Source: Candidatus Melainabacteria bacterium 17Bon1m | GTDB taxonomy: Bacteria; Cyanobacteriota; Vampirovibrionia; Obscuribacterales; Obscuribacteraceae | Direction of reading: 5' to 3' | Length of the DNA: 64,000 bases | Assembly (NCBI GenBank): GCA_032128875.1 | Contig: JAVLKG010000001.1 | Coordinates: 1,017,453-1,081,452 of the forward strand | Shown: positions 1 to 9,515 of the stretch, piece after piece | How the letters are laid out: each line of letters starts with the position of its first letter | Position numbering within the stretch: the stretch's first letter is position 1 | Position numbers and translations under genes: made by a program | The notes under the pieces: model-generated | Told to the model about the DNA's origin: nothing | Database searches by the model: none | What the model saw: only the letters and a program-made list of their open reading frames with translations

Positions 1-1092
1 ATTGCATGGCTGCAGCGCGGTGCCAGAGCGCGTCAGACAAAGGCACGTGGTCGCATTAAGGACGCGGGGGAGCTGATGGAGCAGTTGGCGGAAGTGAAGC
101 AGCGAAATTCGCTCACTTCGCCTGTCGAAATAGGCTTCGACTCATCTGGACGCAAAACTAAAGAACTTCTCTCTTTGAAGGGCATTTCTAAATCGGTCGG
201 CGGACGCAAGCTTTTGTCGGATTTTGATTTGGTAATTTCGCCTGGGACAAAACTCGGAATTGCCGGTCGTAATGGCACAGGCAAGACAACTCTTTTGAGA
301 ATCATTGCGGGCGATTTGCAACCTGACAGTGGAACAATCAAGCGAGCTGACGAACTCAAGGTTGTCTGGTTCGATCAAACCAGAGAACAATTGGATCAGA
401 CGAAAACCCTCAGAGACTCGCTCAGTCACCAGGGAGAGTCAGTTACTTATCGTGGCAGAAACATGCATATAGCAAGTTGGGCGAGGAAGTTTTTGTTCAA
501 GCCCGACCAATTGAGCATGCCGATCAGTTATCTTTCTGGCGGTGAGCAAGCGCGCATTCTCATTGCTAACTTGATGCTAAAAACCGCTGATATCCTCATT
601 CTTGACGAACCAACAAACGATCTCGATATTCCATCGCTTGAAGTTCTTGAAGAAAGTTTGGAGGATTTCCCGGGAGCGGTGATTCTCGTAACTCACGACC
701 GAATGATGCTCGACTCTGTTTCTAAATATCTTCTTGCGCTCGATGGGAAGGGCAAAGCCGAGTTCTTTGTTGATTACGAACAGTATGAGCAGGTTGCCGA
801 AGAGTTTGCCGCTGAAGAAGATGTTAAGCCTGCCAAGCAAGAGAAGCCTGCAAAACCAGCAGGTAAAGTTCGTTCGGGCTTGTCCACTGCTGAGGCGCGC
901 GAGCTGGAGCGGTTGCCTGACAAAATTGAAAAGAAAGAAGCATCGCTTTTGACAATTCAGGCTGATATGAGCAAGCCAGAGGTGTCATCGAATCACGTAA
1001 AACTGCAAGAATTGATGAAGCAGCAAGAGCAAGTACAAAGGGAACTAGATCAGCTATTCAAAAGCTGGGAAGAACTTGAAGCCAAACGGTAA
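1..1092 (+). CDS. uup: ABC-F family ATPase, Uup-like (5' partial)
   Basis: Frame is open from base 1 (IAWLQRGARARQTKARGRI linker). Second ABC domain has GRNGTGKT, LSGGE and LILDEPTNDLD; C-terminal coiled coil. Confidence 0.85.
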   Translation: MAWLQRGARARQTKARGRIKDAGELMEQLAEVKQRNSLTSPVEIGFDSSGRKTKELLSLKGISKSVGGRKLLSDFDLVISPGTKLGIAGRNGTGKTTLLRIIAGDLQPDSGTIKRADELKVVWFDQTREQLDQTKTLRDSLSHQGESVTYRGRNMHIASWARKFLFKPDQLSMPISYLSGGEQARILIANLMLKTADILILDEPTNDLDIPSLEVLEESLEDFPGAVILVTHDRMMLDSVSKYLLALDGKGKAEFFVDYEQYEQVAEEFAAEEDVKPAKQEKPAKPAGKVRSGLSTAEARELERLPDKIEKKEASLLTIQADMSKPEVSSNHVKLQELMKQQEQVQRELDQLFKSWEELEAKR

Positions 1093-1094
1093 TC

Positions 1095-1144
1095 GTGGGT
1101 GCGCGTTGCACGCGCCCAAATAGGAGCGCGGGCGGCTCGCTCGC
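1095..1144. repeat. REP-like palindrome pair
   Basis: gtgggtgcgcgttgcacgcgccc is almost identical to 58099-58121, followed by a second GC-rich palindrome. Confidence 0.7.
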
Positions 1145-1168
1145 ATTTTTTCACAAAGAGGAAAGGAA

Positions 1169-2533
1169 ATGAATTCGTTATCTGCGCGCCTGGTAGTCTT
1201 AGCCGCAACACTGTTGGCAGCAGGCACTGCACCTTTCGCTTTTGCTGATGACGCGTCTTTCAAGAAGCACATGGACGCGGGAGTTGAAGCGCTTAAGAGC
1301 TCCAACTATTCCGATGCCGCCAACAGCTTTTCCGAAGCACAGAAGGTTGCTGAAGCTGACCATAATGATTTCTATCTTTCGCTGAGCATGAGTAGAATTG
1401 CTGATATTCGTTTGCGAGAGAAAAAGTACAGCGAAGCTGAGACACTGTTCAAGCAGTCACTGGTCCTCGCTGAAAAAGCAAAAGGACCTGGGCGGTCCGT
1501 TGTATTGATGGATCTGAATTCGCTGGGGACTCTGTATATTGCACAAAGCGATTATGCTCAAGCCGAAACATATTTGAAGCGCGTAATCGCCATGCTCGAT
1601 AGCAACACATCTGACGAAGTCGTCAATCGTAAGTTCTTGCCGACCGCGCTCGACAATCTTGCTGTTGTCTATCGTAATACCAAGAAGTTTGACCAAGCGG
1701 AAGCTCTCTATAAGAGAGCAATTCCGATGTGGGAAAAGCTTGCAGGGCCGGAAGACTCTGATACCGCCACAAGTATCAATAATTTAGCGGCGCTTTATTA
1801 TTACGAGCGGAAATATACGGAAGCTGAGCCACTTTTTGTTCGTTCGCTCGCCATTAGAGAGAAGACCCTTGGCGCAAACCATCCTGAAGTCATCAACAAC
1901 GCGAACAATTTGATTTTGGTCTATCGCGCATTGAAGAAAACATCCGAAGCTGAAGAAATTTCGAAGAAATTTGCTGGAGCAAACGGTGGTGACGGCACTT
2001 CTCCTGCTGTTTTGACTGGTGCGGGCGTTGATACTGATGAATGGTCAAAACACGTTCAAGCTGGACGTGAACATCTTAACGCTCAGCGCTACGCAGAAGC
2101 AGAGAAAGAACTTCAAGCTGCTGTAGCTGAAGCCGAGAAGGGCGGAGTCGAAGATCGTCGATTGGCAGCCACCTTATATAATCTCGGCCACGTCTACGCT
2201 AAACAGAAAGACTACGAGAAAGCAGAAGCAACGTACAAACGTTCGTTGAATATTTGCGAGAAAATCTGCGGCGACAAGGACAAAGAAGTACATCGCACAA
2301 TGACGAGTCTTGCGAAGCTCTATACAGAAGAGAAGAAGTACGAGCTGGCAGAACCTCTGTTCAAGCACGTTATCGATGTTCAGCAGAAAGCACTTGGTCG
2401 CAATCACCAAGACGTTGCCGAAGCGCTGAACAATTTAGCTGCGATGTATTCACAAGCCGGACGCAAGTCTGAATCAGCTTCTTGCGAGAAGCGCGCTAAA
2501 TCAATTGGTGCGAAGAAAGGCAAGATTCAATAG
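1169..2533 (+). CDS. Secreted tetratricopeptide-repeat protein (kinesin-light-chain-like TPRs)
   Basis: Signal peptide ending AFA; repeated NNLA.LY...KY.EAEPLF.R.L.I.EK.LG..HP motifs; RBS ggaaagga. Confidence 0.9.
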   Translation: MNSLSARLVVLAATLLAAGTAPFAFADDASFKKHMDAGVEALKSSNYSDAANSFSEAQKVAEADHNDFYLSLSMSRIADIRLREKKYSEAETLFKQSLVLAEKAKGPGRSVVLMDLNSLGTLYIAQSDYAQAETYLKRVIAMLDSNTSDEVVNRKFLPTALDNLAVVYRNTKKFDQAEALYKRAIPMWEKLAGPEDSDTATSINNLAALYYYERKYTEAEPLFVRSLAIREKTLGANHPEVINNANNLILVYRALKKTSEAEEISKKFAGANGGDGTSPAVLTGAGVDTDEWSKHVQAGREHLNAQRYAEAEKELQAAVAEAEKGGVEDRRLAATLYNLGHVYAKQKDYEKAEATYKRSLNICEKICGDKDKEVHRTMTSLAKLYTEEKKYELAEPLFKHVIDVQQKALGRNHQDVAEALNNLAAMYSQAGRKSESASCEKRAKSIGAKKGKIQ

Positions 2534-2552
2534 CAAATTATTGAGAAATTAA

Positions 2553-3785
2553 GTGAAAACGCATTGCAAAAGAGAGCGCTTCATACTTCCGAGTTTTCTG
2601 TTAGCACTGTTTGTCTGTTTTGTGATGTGTGAGCAAAGTGTTTCTTCTGCCGCGGTTGGTTTTTATAAATTTGAAGATCTTCGTTGGGGTCTCGTTGATA
2701 GAGAAGGAAGAGTAACTCTTTGGGAATCTGACATCGTACCGCTCTCAGGTAGATCTGAAGGTTTGATTGTCTTTGGGAAGAATAAAAGTTTCCCAAATGG
2801 AGGAGTGATCGATAAGCTCGGCAAACGTCGCAAACTTAGAGACTGGGTGCTTTTTGAAAAGACCAAGTTTGTTGATGGTCTAGCACTGGTTAAGGATTGG
2901 ACGAAAGAGAGAAAGTGTGTTTATTGCAGATTGGACGGAAAGAGAGCGTTTAAAGAGACGTTTAACAATGCTGAGCCGTTTTCTGAAGGATTAGCCGCCG
3001 TAGCTAGCCTCAATGGCAAACGATGGCAATCGGATAGAGGTTATGACTGGAGATACATAGATCAGACTGGGAGAACAGTTTTACCAGGTCCATACTCTTT
3101 TGCTGGCCCCTTTGTCAATGGAAGAGCCGTAGTAGAACGGAGAGCGAAGAGGTATGTGCGAGCGTTGATAGATCGAAAAGGTACCATTTTATTTGAGATG
3201 AAAAACGCAGAACTTTCGAACTTGAGTTCTGATGGATATTCGCTACTAACTTACTCGGCAAAAGATCAAGGCAGAGCAGAATTGAATGAAAGTCAATTGA
3301 AAGAGGACGAATTCAATTACATACGAATGAACGACTCTAGGAGGAATTGGGCGGGCCCATGGCGTACCGTCCGTGATTTGCTAGACATGGATGGGAAGGT
3401 GGTTGCGCGCGACGTTCCCATGTTGAATTATTCCGACGGGCTAGGGCTTGTGCCTTCAAAACATGGATTCGAGTTTGCAGATAAATCTGGAAAAGTAGTC
3501 GTGTCTTGGACGGCGGAAGATCGGCCAACTCCATCGAAGCAGCCAATTTTCGTTGAAGGCTTTGCGATTCTGCCAATCGCGAAGTATCGAACTTGCGGTC
3601 GTCTATACCGTGGTTATGAGATGCCCTCACACCAACCTATTTTGGGTTTCCTCGACAAAAAATCCAAACTGTTAAATGTCAAACTGCCGCCGGGGCGTTT
3701 CATATTGGATGCCTATCCATTTTCTGAAGGTGTTTCTGTAATTGAAACAGCAACAATAGCAGTGGACAAAACGGCGCGATTCTAG
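2553..3785 (+). CDS. WG-repeat (WG_beta_rep/KWG) secreted protein
   Basis: Hydrophobic N-terminus; repeats WGLVDREG, PFSEGLAAV, WRYIDQTG, PFVNGRAVV, PFSEGVSV. Confidence 0.85.
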   Translation: MKTHCKRERFILPSFLLALFVCFVMCEQSVSSAAVGFYKFEDLRWGLVDREGRVTLWESDIVPLSGRSEGLIVFGKNKSFPNGGVIDKLGKRRKLRDWVLFEKTKFVDGLALVKDWTKERKCVYCRLDGKRAFKETFNNAEPFSEGLAAVASLNGKRWQSDRGYDWRYIDQTGRTVLPGPYSFAGPFVNGRAVVERRAKRYVRALIDRKGTILFEMKNAELSNLSSDGYSLLTYSAKDQGRAELNESQLKEDEFNYIRMNDSRRNWAGPWRTVRDLLDMDGKVVARDVPMLNYSDGLGLVPSKHGFEFADKSGKVVVSWTAEDRPTPSKQPIFVEGFAILPIAKYRTCGRLYRGYEMPSHQPILGFLDKKSKLLNVKLPPGRFILDAYPFSEGVSVIETATIAVDKTARF

Positions 3786-3790
3786 TGTTC

Positions 3791-5182
3791 CTACTTTCCT
3801 AAAAGTCCTTGTAAATACTTTGTACAGCGAGGAAATGCTTGGCTCAGACCAGTAGATCTCTTATTGTCGCTTGGCGAAATTGTAGCGAGGAAAAGTTCTG
3901 CGAACATCTCCGAACGTCCTGCATCATTTTCTTGCAGAAAATACTCCCAGGTTCTTCTCTGTTCGCTGCCCAAGTATTTTCCATCGTCTTCATATGCTTT
4001 GACGAATTCTTCCGCCTTCGAGTAGCTGCCGGTATGGTCGTATGCATGCCCCATCTCATGCAGCGCTGTCGTAGGAAGATACCAATTTTCCTGTAGTGGG
4101 CTGTTTTGCCAAGAAACTCGTTCGCAGAGATAAATCTTCTTTGGACCAGGACTAAACATGCCACCACAATTGTCGTAGCCACCACCATGATACCCACGCG
4201 GTTTTTCAATGTTTAGTTCTGGATGTGCAGACAACATGTCTGGCACAATGAAGATGGTGATGCCAGCGCTTTTTACCGACTCTTGAACTCGCTTCGGCAC
4301 TTTTGCGATGGCTGTTCTCACTTGCTGTTCTGTTTTGTCTGTGTATTGCGTTCTTCGAAAAATTTCGATTGGTACAAATATCTCTGCTTTTGGTTGAACG
4401 ACTGTTGGATTAGGAGGTTGTGAAGGATAGCTTGTTGTTCTCTGTGATGTGTTGGTCCTGCTTGCAGTCGTTGCAGTACTGCCGCCAACCGGAACCGTTG
4501 GACTGCTTGTGGTGTATTTTCTTGGTGTTCCTTGCGGCTTCCTTCCACCTCCTAGTTCAACGTTGAAACTTTGCTTGCCTCGTTTCACCTTCAGGTGTAA
4601 CGCACCACCGCTGGGGTTAGAGAGCGACTCCAACAAATCCTGATCTCCAGGGTACTCCCTCACGTTTGTCCCATTTACATACTCAATTTGATCGCCCGGA
4701 CGGAGTCCTGCATACCAGGCTGGAGAACTCTCGTCAACGCTCTCAATGCGATAATTGTTCGAGGCTGATAGTCCAGTGTAAATGCCACCATGTTTGATGT
4801 CATCCTGTTCGGAGGCTGCTTCGATCGCTGCCTCCGAGACTCCACGCACAAGATCACATTTGTATCGGTTAGCTCCTCTCACTATGACTAGCGACAGCTT
4901 TGTACCCGAAGGTCCAGTTATCAGATTTACAACCTGCTCCAGTTTCTTTCCAGCTGAAGGCACATTGTTTACTGACTCTATTTTGTCGCCGCGAAGTATG
5001 CCCGCCTTTTGCGCAGGCGAGTTTGGCATAACATACTCAACAATAATGTTCTCGTTGAGTTTCATTCCCGTGAAGCCTTTGTCAGCAAACGCAATTTGGC
5101 AACTTACTGTCGCTGCGATCAGTAAAGCTGTTTTCGCCGATTTGAAAAACTGCATGGTCGTTGCTCTTTGTGTCATCGTCAA
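3791..5182 (-). CDS. Secreted protein with two PDZ domains and a C-terminal ATLF/PPEP-like (M34) zinc metalloprotease domain
   Basis: Signal peptide; SPAQKAGILRGDKI and SPAWYAGLRPGDQI PDZ motifs; Thr/Ser/Pro linker; KPRGY..GYD, LHEMGHAYD, SEMFAELF, AFPRC. Confidence 0.8.
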   Translation of the reverse strand: MTMTQRATTMQFFKSAKTALLIAATVSCQIAFADKGFTGMKLNENIIVEYVMPNSPAQKAGILRGDKIESVNNVPSAGKKLEQVVNLITGPSGTKLSLVIVRGANRYKCDLVRGVSEAAIEAASEQDDIKHGGIYTGLSASNNYRIESVDESSPAWYAGLRPGDQIEYVNGTNVREYPGDQDLLESLSNPSGGALHLKVKRGKQSFNVELGGGRKPQGTPRKYTTSSPTVPVGGSTATTASRTNTSQRTTSYPSQPPNPTVVQPKAEIFVPIEIFRRTQYTDKTEQQVRTAIAKVPKRVQESVKSAGITIFIVPDMLSAHPELNIEKPRGYHGGGYDNCGGMFSPGPKKIYLCERVSWQNSPLQENWYLPTTALHEMGHAYDHTGSYSKAEEFVKAYEDDGKYLGSEQRRTWEYFLQENDAGRSEMFAELFLATISPSDNKRSTGLSQAFPRCTKYLQGLLGK

Positions 5183-5356
5183 CTGTTGTTCGTCCAGACC
5201 TGATATACCACTTCTTTCTCATTCTTCAATCAAGTGTGTATCTAAGGGAGTACGTCGAGAATTTGCGCTTCTCTTAGAACAAAAAACACTTGTTCTCGAA
5301 GAGTTTCCTCGTCGATTTCATTTGTAGGAAGGTTGGACATCGTTTTCGGTTCGATA

Positions 5357-6235
5357 CTAGTAGTTCGAAATAAAGAGCTCTGAACCTATCTTACTTTCTT
5401 TCTTCAAATTGCAGTTGTTCATGCCGTATTGAAGCTGCCAGTTCTGAATATTCGCCCAACGATAGAGTTTGCGAATTTCCGGGCAGTCGTCGTAGGTGAT
5501 GAGAAAGCGGTGCTTAGGTGTTTCTTTCAAAACTTTTGCCAAGCGCACGTGATCGAATTCGTGCAAGATGCCACCACGTCCATACAAGCGTGATGCTTTA
5601 AAGTACGGCGGATCAATAAAAATGAAAACGTTTCTGCCCGGCTTTTGGATCACGTGCTCGTAATCTAGGTTTGTGATTTCAACGCCACTCAACGCTTCTG
5701 GCATAGGCGCAAGGCGTTGAATTGATGATGCGGTAAAACGTCGCAAACTAGCCGCGCTGGAAAATCCACCTGCGCGAGTGGTACCAGAAAATGTGACGCG
5801 ATTGAAGAAGAAAAACAGAAACGCCGCGCGATATCGATCTGGCGTTTTTTCTGAACGCGCTTTCAAAAAATACTCTTTGATTTTTTCAGCATCATCTCCG
5901 AAGCTTTGGCGCAAAAGCTCCAACTCGCGCATCAACCGCGCACATGTTTCCTCATTTTGCACCGCTTTCCAAAACGCATGCAGCTCGCTGAATTTATCGT
6001 TGATCCAATACTTTTCTGCGAATCCCTTAGATTTCGCGTGGAAGAAAACGCTCGCACCGCCAACCAGCGGTTCGCGAAATTCTCTGGCGGACGCTGGAAA
6101 AAGTTGAGCTATCTGATCGATAGCTTTCTGCTTGCCGCCTGGATATCTCAAGGGCGAGCGATAACGTCTCTCGGTGCTCGCGGTTTCTGCGTCGGCGCCC
6201 GGAATGATGATTGTGGCGTTGTTAGTGACAGCCAT
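5357..6235 (-). CDS. DNA N6-adenine methyltransferase, Dam/D12 class (apparently orphan)
   Basis: SPLRYPGGK, FREPLVGGASVF (SAM-binding motif), IND, FIDPPY catalytic motif. Confidence 0.9.
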   Translation of the reverse strand: MAVTNNATIIIPGADAETASTERRYRSPLRYPGGKQKAIDQIAQLFPASAREFREPLVGGASVFFHAKSKGFAEKYWINDKFSELHAFWKAVQNEETCARLMRELELLRQSFGDDAEKIKEYFLKARSEKTPDRYRAAFLFFFFNRVTFSGTTRAGGFSSAASLRRFTASSIQRLAPMPEALSGVEITNLDYEHVIQKPGRNVFIFIDPPYFKASRLYGRGGILHEFDHVRLAKVLKETPKHRFLITYDDCPEIRKLYRWANIQNWQLQYGMNNCNLKKESKIGSELFISNY

Positions 6236-6346
6236 CGGCGTAATAATAGCAGCGTTGCCAATCCTGTCCCACTCATTTAGTTAATGGGAGCGACAGAGTA
6301 TATCTAATGTGCTGTATGCTCGCTGTCTGTTGTGATTGAGGCGTCG

Positions 6347-7324
6347 ATGCGCGACCAGTGGAATAGAGACACCGAGAGAGCCATACTCAGCAATGAGGAT
6401 GCCGAGATTCTTCTCAGCTCTCACTTTCCTAATGTTGAAGTCGCGAAGGTTGAACCGACGAAGGGCGGATTGGCAAATGCCAGCTATTTGGTAGCCCTCA
6501 AAACAGGGCAGCGTCTCCATCTGCGAATTTGTCAGCGCGACCCGTCGGCTGCAGAAAAGGAATTTCGCCTGATTCAATTGGTGCAGGGAAAAGTGCCGGC
6601 GCCAAAACCGCTGTATTTCTCTCTTGTAAATCCCGTCAACAGCTTTCCCTTCATGATCTTGGATTGGGTGGAAGGTGCCCGGCTTGAGAGCATCATCGGT
6701 GAACTCTCTCCACGCAGTGTCGAGCATCTAGGTAAATCTTTAGGTGAAACACTTGCGCTGATTCATGGATTTAAATTCGAACAGTTCGGATTTTTCGACG
6801 ACCATTTAGAAATTCCATCTCCCATGGAGATGGGCGGCAATGGGCTACTTCAGTATGCTGAGGAGTGTCTCTTAAAAAATTTAGGTGAAGAGCGTTTAGG
6901 GGAAGATTTAACGAATGAGGTTCTCAACTTTATAAAGAAAGAGGCGCACCTGCTCGATGAGTGGTCTGGAAAGCCCTGTCTCACTCATTGTGACTTCAAT
7001 AGTTCCAACATTCTTATGAAGAAAGAAGAGCAAGGCTGGGAAGTAGCTGCAGTAATTGACTGGGAATTTGCCTTTAGCGGAACACCCTTTTTTGATCTGG
7101 GCAATCTCTTGAGACCCCCTCTGGGAGAGATTCCCGGTATGCAGGAGGCTGTCGAGCGAGGCTACCGTAACGCTGGCGGCGATTTGCCAAATGAGTGGAG
7201 AAAAATGAGCAAGCTCACAGACCTTACCGCGTGGCTAGAGTTTCTCACGCGTAAAAATGCTGGTATTAACCTCATTTCCGACTGTAAAACGCAAATATGT
7301 AAAACGATGGGTGAGTGGGACTAA
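6347..7324 (+). CDS. Aminoglycoside phosphotransferase/choline kinase family protein
   Basis: GGLANASY, HCDFNSSNIL (Brenner motif), VIDWEFA. ATG 6347 chosen; ORF is open from 6332. Confidence 0.85.
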   Translation: MRDQWNRDTERAILSNEDAEILLSSHFPNVEVAKVEPTKGGLANASYLVALKTGQRLHLRICQRDPSAAEKEFRLIQLVQGKVPAPKPLYFSLVNPVNSFPFMILDWVEGARLESIIGELSPRSVEHLGKSLGETLALIHGFKFEQFGFFDDHLEIPSPMEMGGNGLLQYAEECLLKNLGEERLGEDLTNEVLNFIKKEAHLLDEWSGKPCLTHCDFNSSNILMKKEEQGWEVAAVIDWEFAFSGTPFFDLGNLLRPPLGEIPGMQEAVERGYRNAGGDLPNEWRKMSKLTDLTAWLEFLTRKNAGINLISDCKTQICKTMGEWD

Positions 7325-7329
7325 GGGCA

Positions 7330-7356
7330 GGAACCTTTGAGGGTTTCCCCAGTCTC
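7330..7356 (+). promoter_or_regulatory. ECF-sigma-like promoter (GGAAC-N17-GTC)
   Basis: GGAACc-tttgagggtttcccc-aGTCtc; same spacing as the copies at 32937, 34120, 35442 and 37919. Confidence 0.65.
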
Positions 7357-7444
7357 TTTCGAGGAATTGCTAAGGCAATCACACAGCGGGACCCCTGGTT
7401 CGAAGCCACACGAGAATCGCTGTTGTCGGAAGGAGGATTCCCAA

Positions 7445-7948
7445 ATGTTTAGAAACCGATTAATTGCAATAACACTCCCGGCGATTGCGCTTTCGGCATC
7501 ACTACCGGTTTTTGCAGACACAGTAACACGCTATGAAATTAGAAGCACCACAGATGGTGTCGCCCCGATTTTGCAGCCTGGTGTTGTGGAGTACAGAAGA
7601 TTTAGTTCTTCAACTGTTCCAAATGTAGTTGAAACGCGCACTATCACCAACAGTGTTGTTGCGCCTAGACCATTGTTTGTTCCATCGACTGCCTCATCAG
7701 TGAGACTCATCGAGACTCCTGTTGTTGCGCCGGTAACAAACCGAGTATTGATTCCAAGCCCGGCTCCGGTAGTTATGGAAAGTCGCGTTATTTCCCAGCC
7801 GGTTGTCATCCAACGCGCACCTGCGCCTGTTGTGATGGAAACCTATAACCCGCCAGTTGTTGTTGAGAAACGCTATAAGCACAGACATCACAGCGATCGC
7901 CATTTGCTTGATGTCGGCGTTCCTCTCATTCATATGAGAGCGTTCTAG
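7445..7948 (+). CDS. Secreted Val/Pro/Thr-rich hypothetical protein
   Basis: Strong RBS aggagg before ATG 7445; signal peptide ending VFA; PAPVVME repeats; His/Arg-rich tail. Confidence 0.75.
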   Translation: MFRNRLIAITLPAIALSASLPVFADTVTRYEIRSTTDGVAPILQPGVVEYRRFSSSTVPNVVETRTITNSVVAPRPLFVPSTASSVRLIETPVVAPVTNRVLIPSPAPVVMESRVISQPVVIQRAPAPVVMETYNPPVVVEKRYKHRHHSDRHLLDVGVPLIHMRAF

Positions 7949-7992
7949 CGACTCACAAAAGTCCGTTGACGGGCCTCGTGCCCGCCGATGAT

Positions 7993-8041
7993 GAGGAAGG
8001 AAGGTGCCCTGCCCCGGGAGCCTTCCTCTCCTCTATTTTTT
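7993..8041 (+). terminator. Intrinsic terminator
   Basis: gaggaaggaagg...ccttcctctcctc hairpin followed by a T run, downstream of 7948. Confidence 0.6.
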
Positions 8042-8245
8042 GGATGTTTTTGCCCGTGGACTCCTAACGCTTCCGGCCCTCGCCCGGGAAAGCGTTGTAA
8101 AGGTCGTAATTCCACCATGATCTCTTCACATATAAGATGAAATCTCCCGGTGTGGGTGGTGAAAACCGGGGGGTTAACGATTGTGCATTGCTTACCAGCA
8201 ACCTATTCTGGACGCATACCCTTTGCAGACCGACCTCTTCACTCT

Positions 8246-9409
8246 ATGACTTACGAAAATTTCCAAAATGCTGGGTACTCCCAGCCGGAATCTACCAACA
8301 GCGGCGTTTATGAAGACGCTTACCAGCGTGCAAACTGGAGAGCGACTTTCGGCGGTGATGTAGGTCAAAACTACCGGGAAGGGCAGCAAGCGCAGCAAAC
8401 GCAGAGTGGCGGACAGTGGCGTGCAACTTATGGCGGTGATGTGGCGCGGACTTACCGAGCAGGTCAGCAGACTGAAAGTTCGGGACAATGGCGCGCTACC
8501 TATGGCAGCGACGTCGGACAGACATTCAGACCGGGTGTTCAGAATGAAAACTCCGGCGAATGGCGTTCGACCTATGGTCGTGATGTAGCTCAGACCTTTA
8601 AACCGGGTGTGATGAATGAAACCTCCGGCGAATGGCGTTCCACCTATGGGCGCGACGTTGGTCAAACCTACAGATCAGGCATCCAAAACGACGGTACTGG
8701 TTATGTCGACAGCACCGGGCAGTGGAGACAGAATTACGGCTCCGATGTCGGACAGACTTACGTTCCTGGCAACGGCTACGTCGATAACAGCGGTCAGTGG
8801 AGACAGGATTATGGCTCGGACGTAGGCCAGACTTACGTTCCTGGCAACGGCTATGTCGATAATAGCGGTCAGTGGAGACAAGACTACGGCTCTGACCTCG
8901 GTCGCTACCAGGTCACCGACCCCAGTGCTGCTGGCTATGTTGAACCTTGGCGGCTGTATTACGATGACTCGCTGCGCACAGCTCAAGGTCCGCAGTCATT
9001 TGATCAATATGGACAACGCGATCAATACGCTCAATACGACCAATACGCCCAGTACGCGCAGGACTACCGCCAGACAGACCGTTATGCTGCCACAGACCCG
9101 AGCATGCAATACGAACAATATGAGCGCTCGGCTTATGACCCACGCCAAAACGTTTTATATGATCGCAACGGTCGACCCATGGCATTCGGAAATGAATACA
9201 GTTACGACTTCGATCCGCGTCAACAACAATATCTTCAAGTAATGATGCTGCGCCAGATTCTCGGCATGATTCACAATAATGGCGGTCGAGTCAATTTCTA
9301 CCGCGACGACCGTGGCTACTATGATGGCAACAACGGCGGTCATCAGCACCACCACCATCATCGCCAACACAACAATGGTTCACGCCTCCAACTGCGCATG
9401 AGTTTCTAA
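8246..9409 (+). CDS. Low-complexity Q/G/Y/R-rich repeat protein (8 x WRxxYGxDV units), His-rich C-terminus
   Basis: ORF open from 8150; probable start MTYENF at 8246. Repeats of 24-30 aa, including a near-exact 75-bp DNA duplication around 8716-8890. Confidence 0.8.
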   Translation: MTYENFQNAGYSQPESTNSGVYEDAYQRANWRATFGGDVGQNYREGQQAQQTQSGGQWRATYGGDVARTYRAGQQTESSGQWRATYGSDVGQTFRPGVQNENSGEWRSTYGRDVAQTFKPGVMNETSGEWRSTYGRDVGQTYRSGIQNDGTGYVDSTGQWRQNYGSDVGQTYVPGNGYVDNSGQWRQDYGSDVGQTYVPGNGYVDNSGQWRQDYGSDLGRYQVTDPSAAGYVEPWRLYYDDSLRTAQGPQSFDQYGQRDQYAQYDQYAQYAQDYRQTDRYAATDPSMQYEQYERSAYDPRQNVLYDRNGRPMAFGNEYSYDFDPRQQQYLQVMMLRQILGMIHNNGGRVNFYRDDRGYYDGNNGGHQHHHHHRQHNNGSRLQLRMSF

Positions 9410-9515
9410 ATCCGGTGCTCCGGCAAATACAATTTTCTTGTGATCTGAAAGTTTGTCCGCGGTATAGTATGCCCCTGTAAAAGCACGTTAGCACACGGGT
9501 TTTCAGGAGGCGTTT

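Noticed and set aside
5357-7324. Restriction-modification or defence island
   Set aside because: No nuclease-like ORF next to the methyltransferase; the divergent neighbour is an APH-family kinase.
7380-7425. GGTTCGAAGCC as part of a tRNA
   Set aside because: No D arm, anticodon arm or properly placed acceptor stem.
8246-9409. RiPP gene cluster or ice-nucleation protein
   Set aside because: No adjacent maturase, protease or exporter; repeat period and sequence differ from the 16-aa AGYGST pattern.
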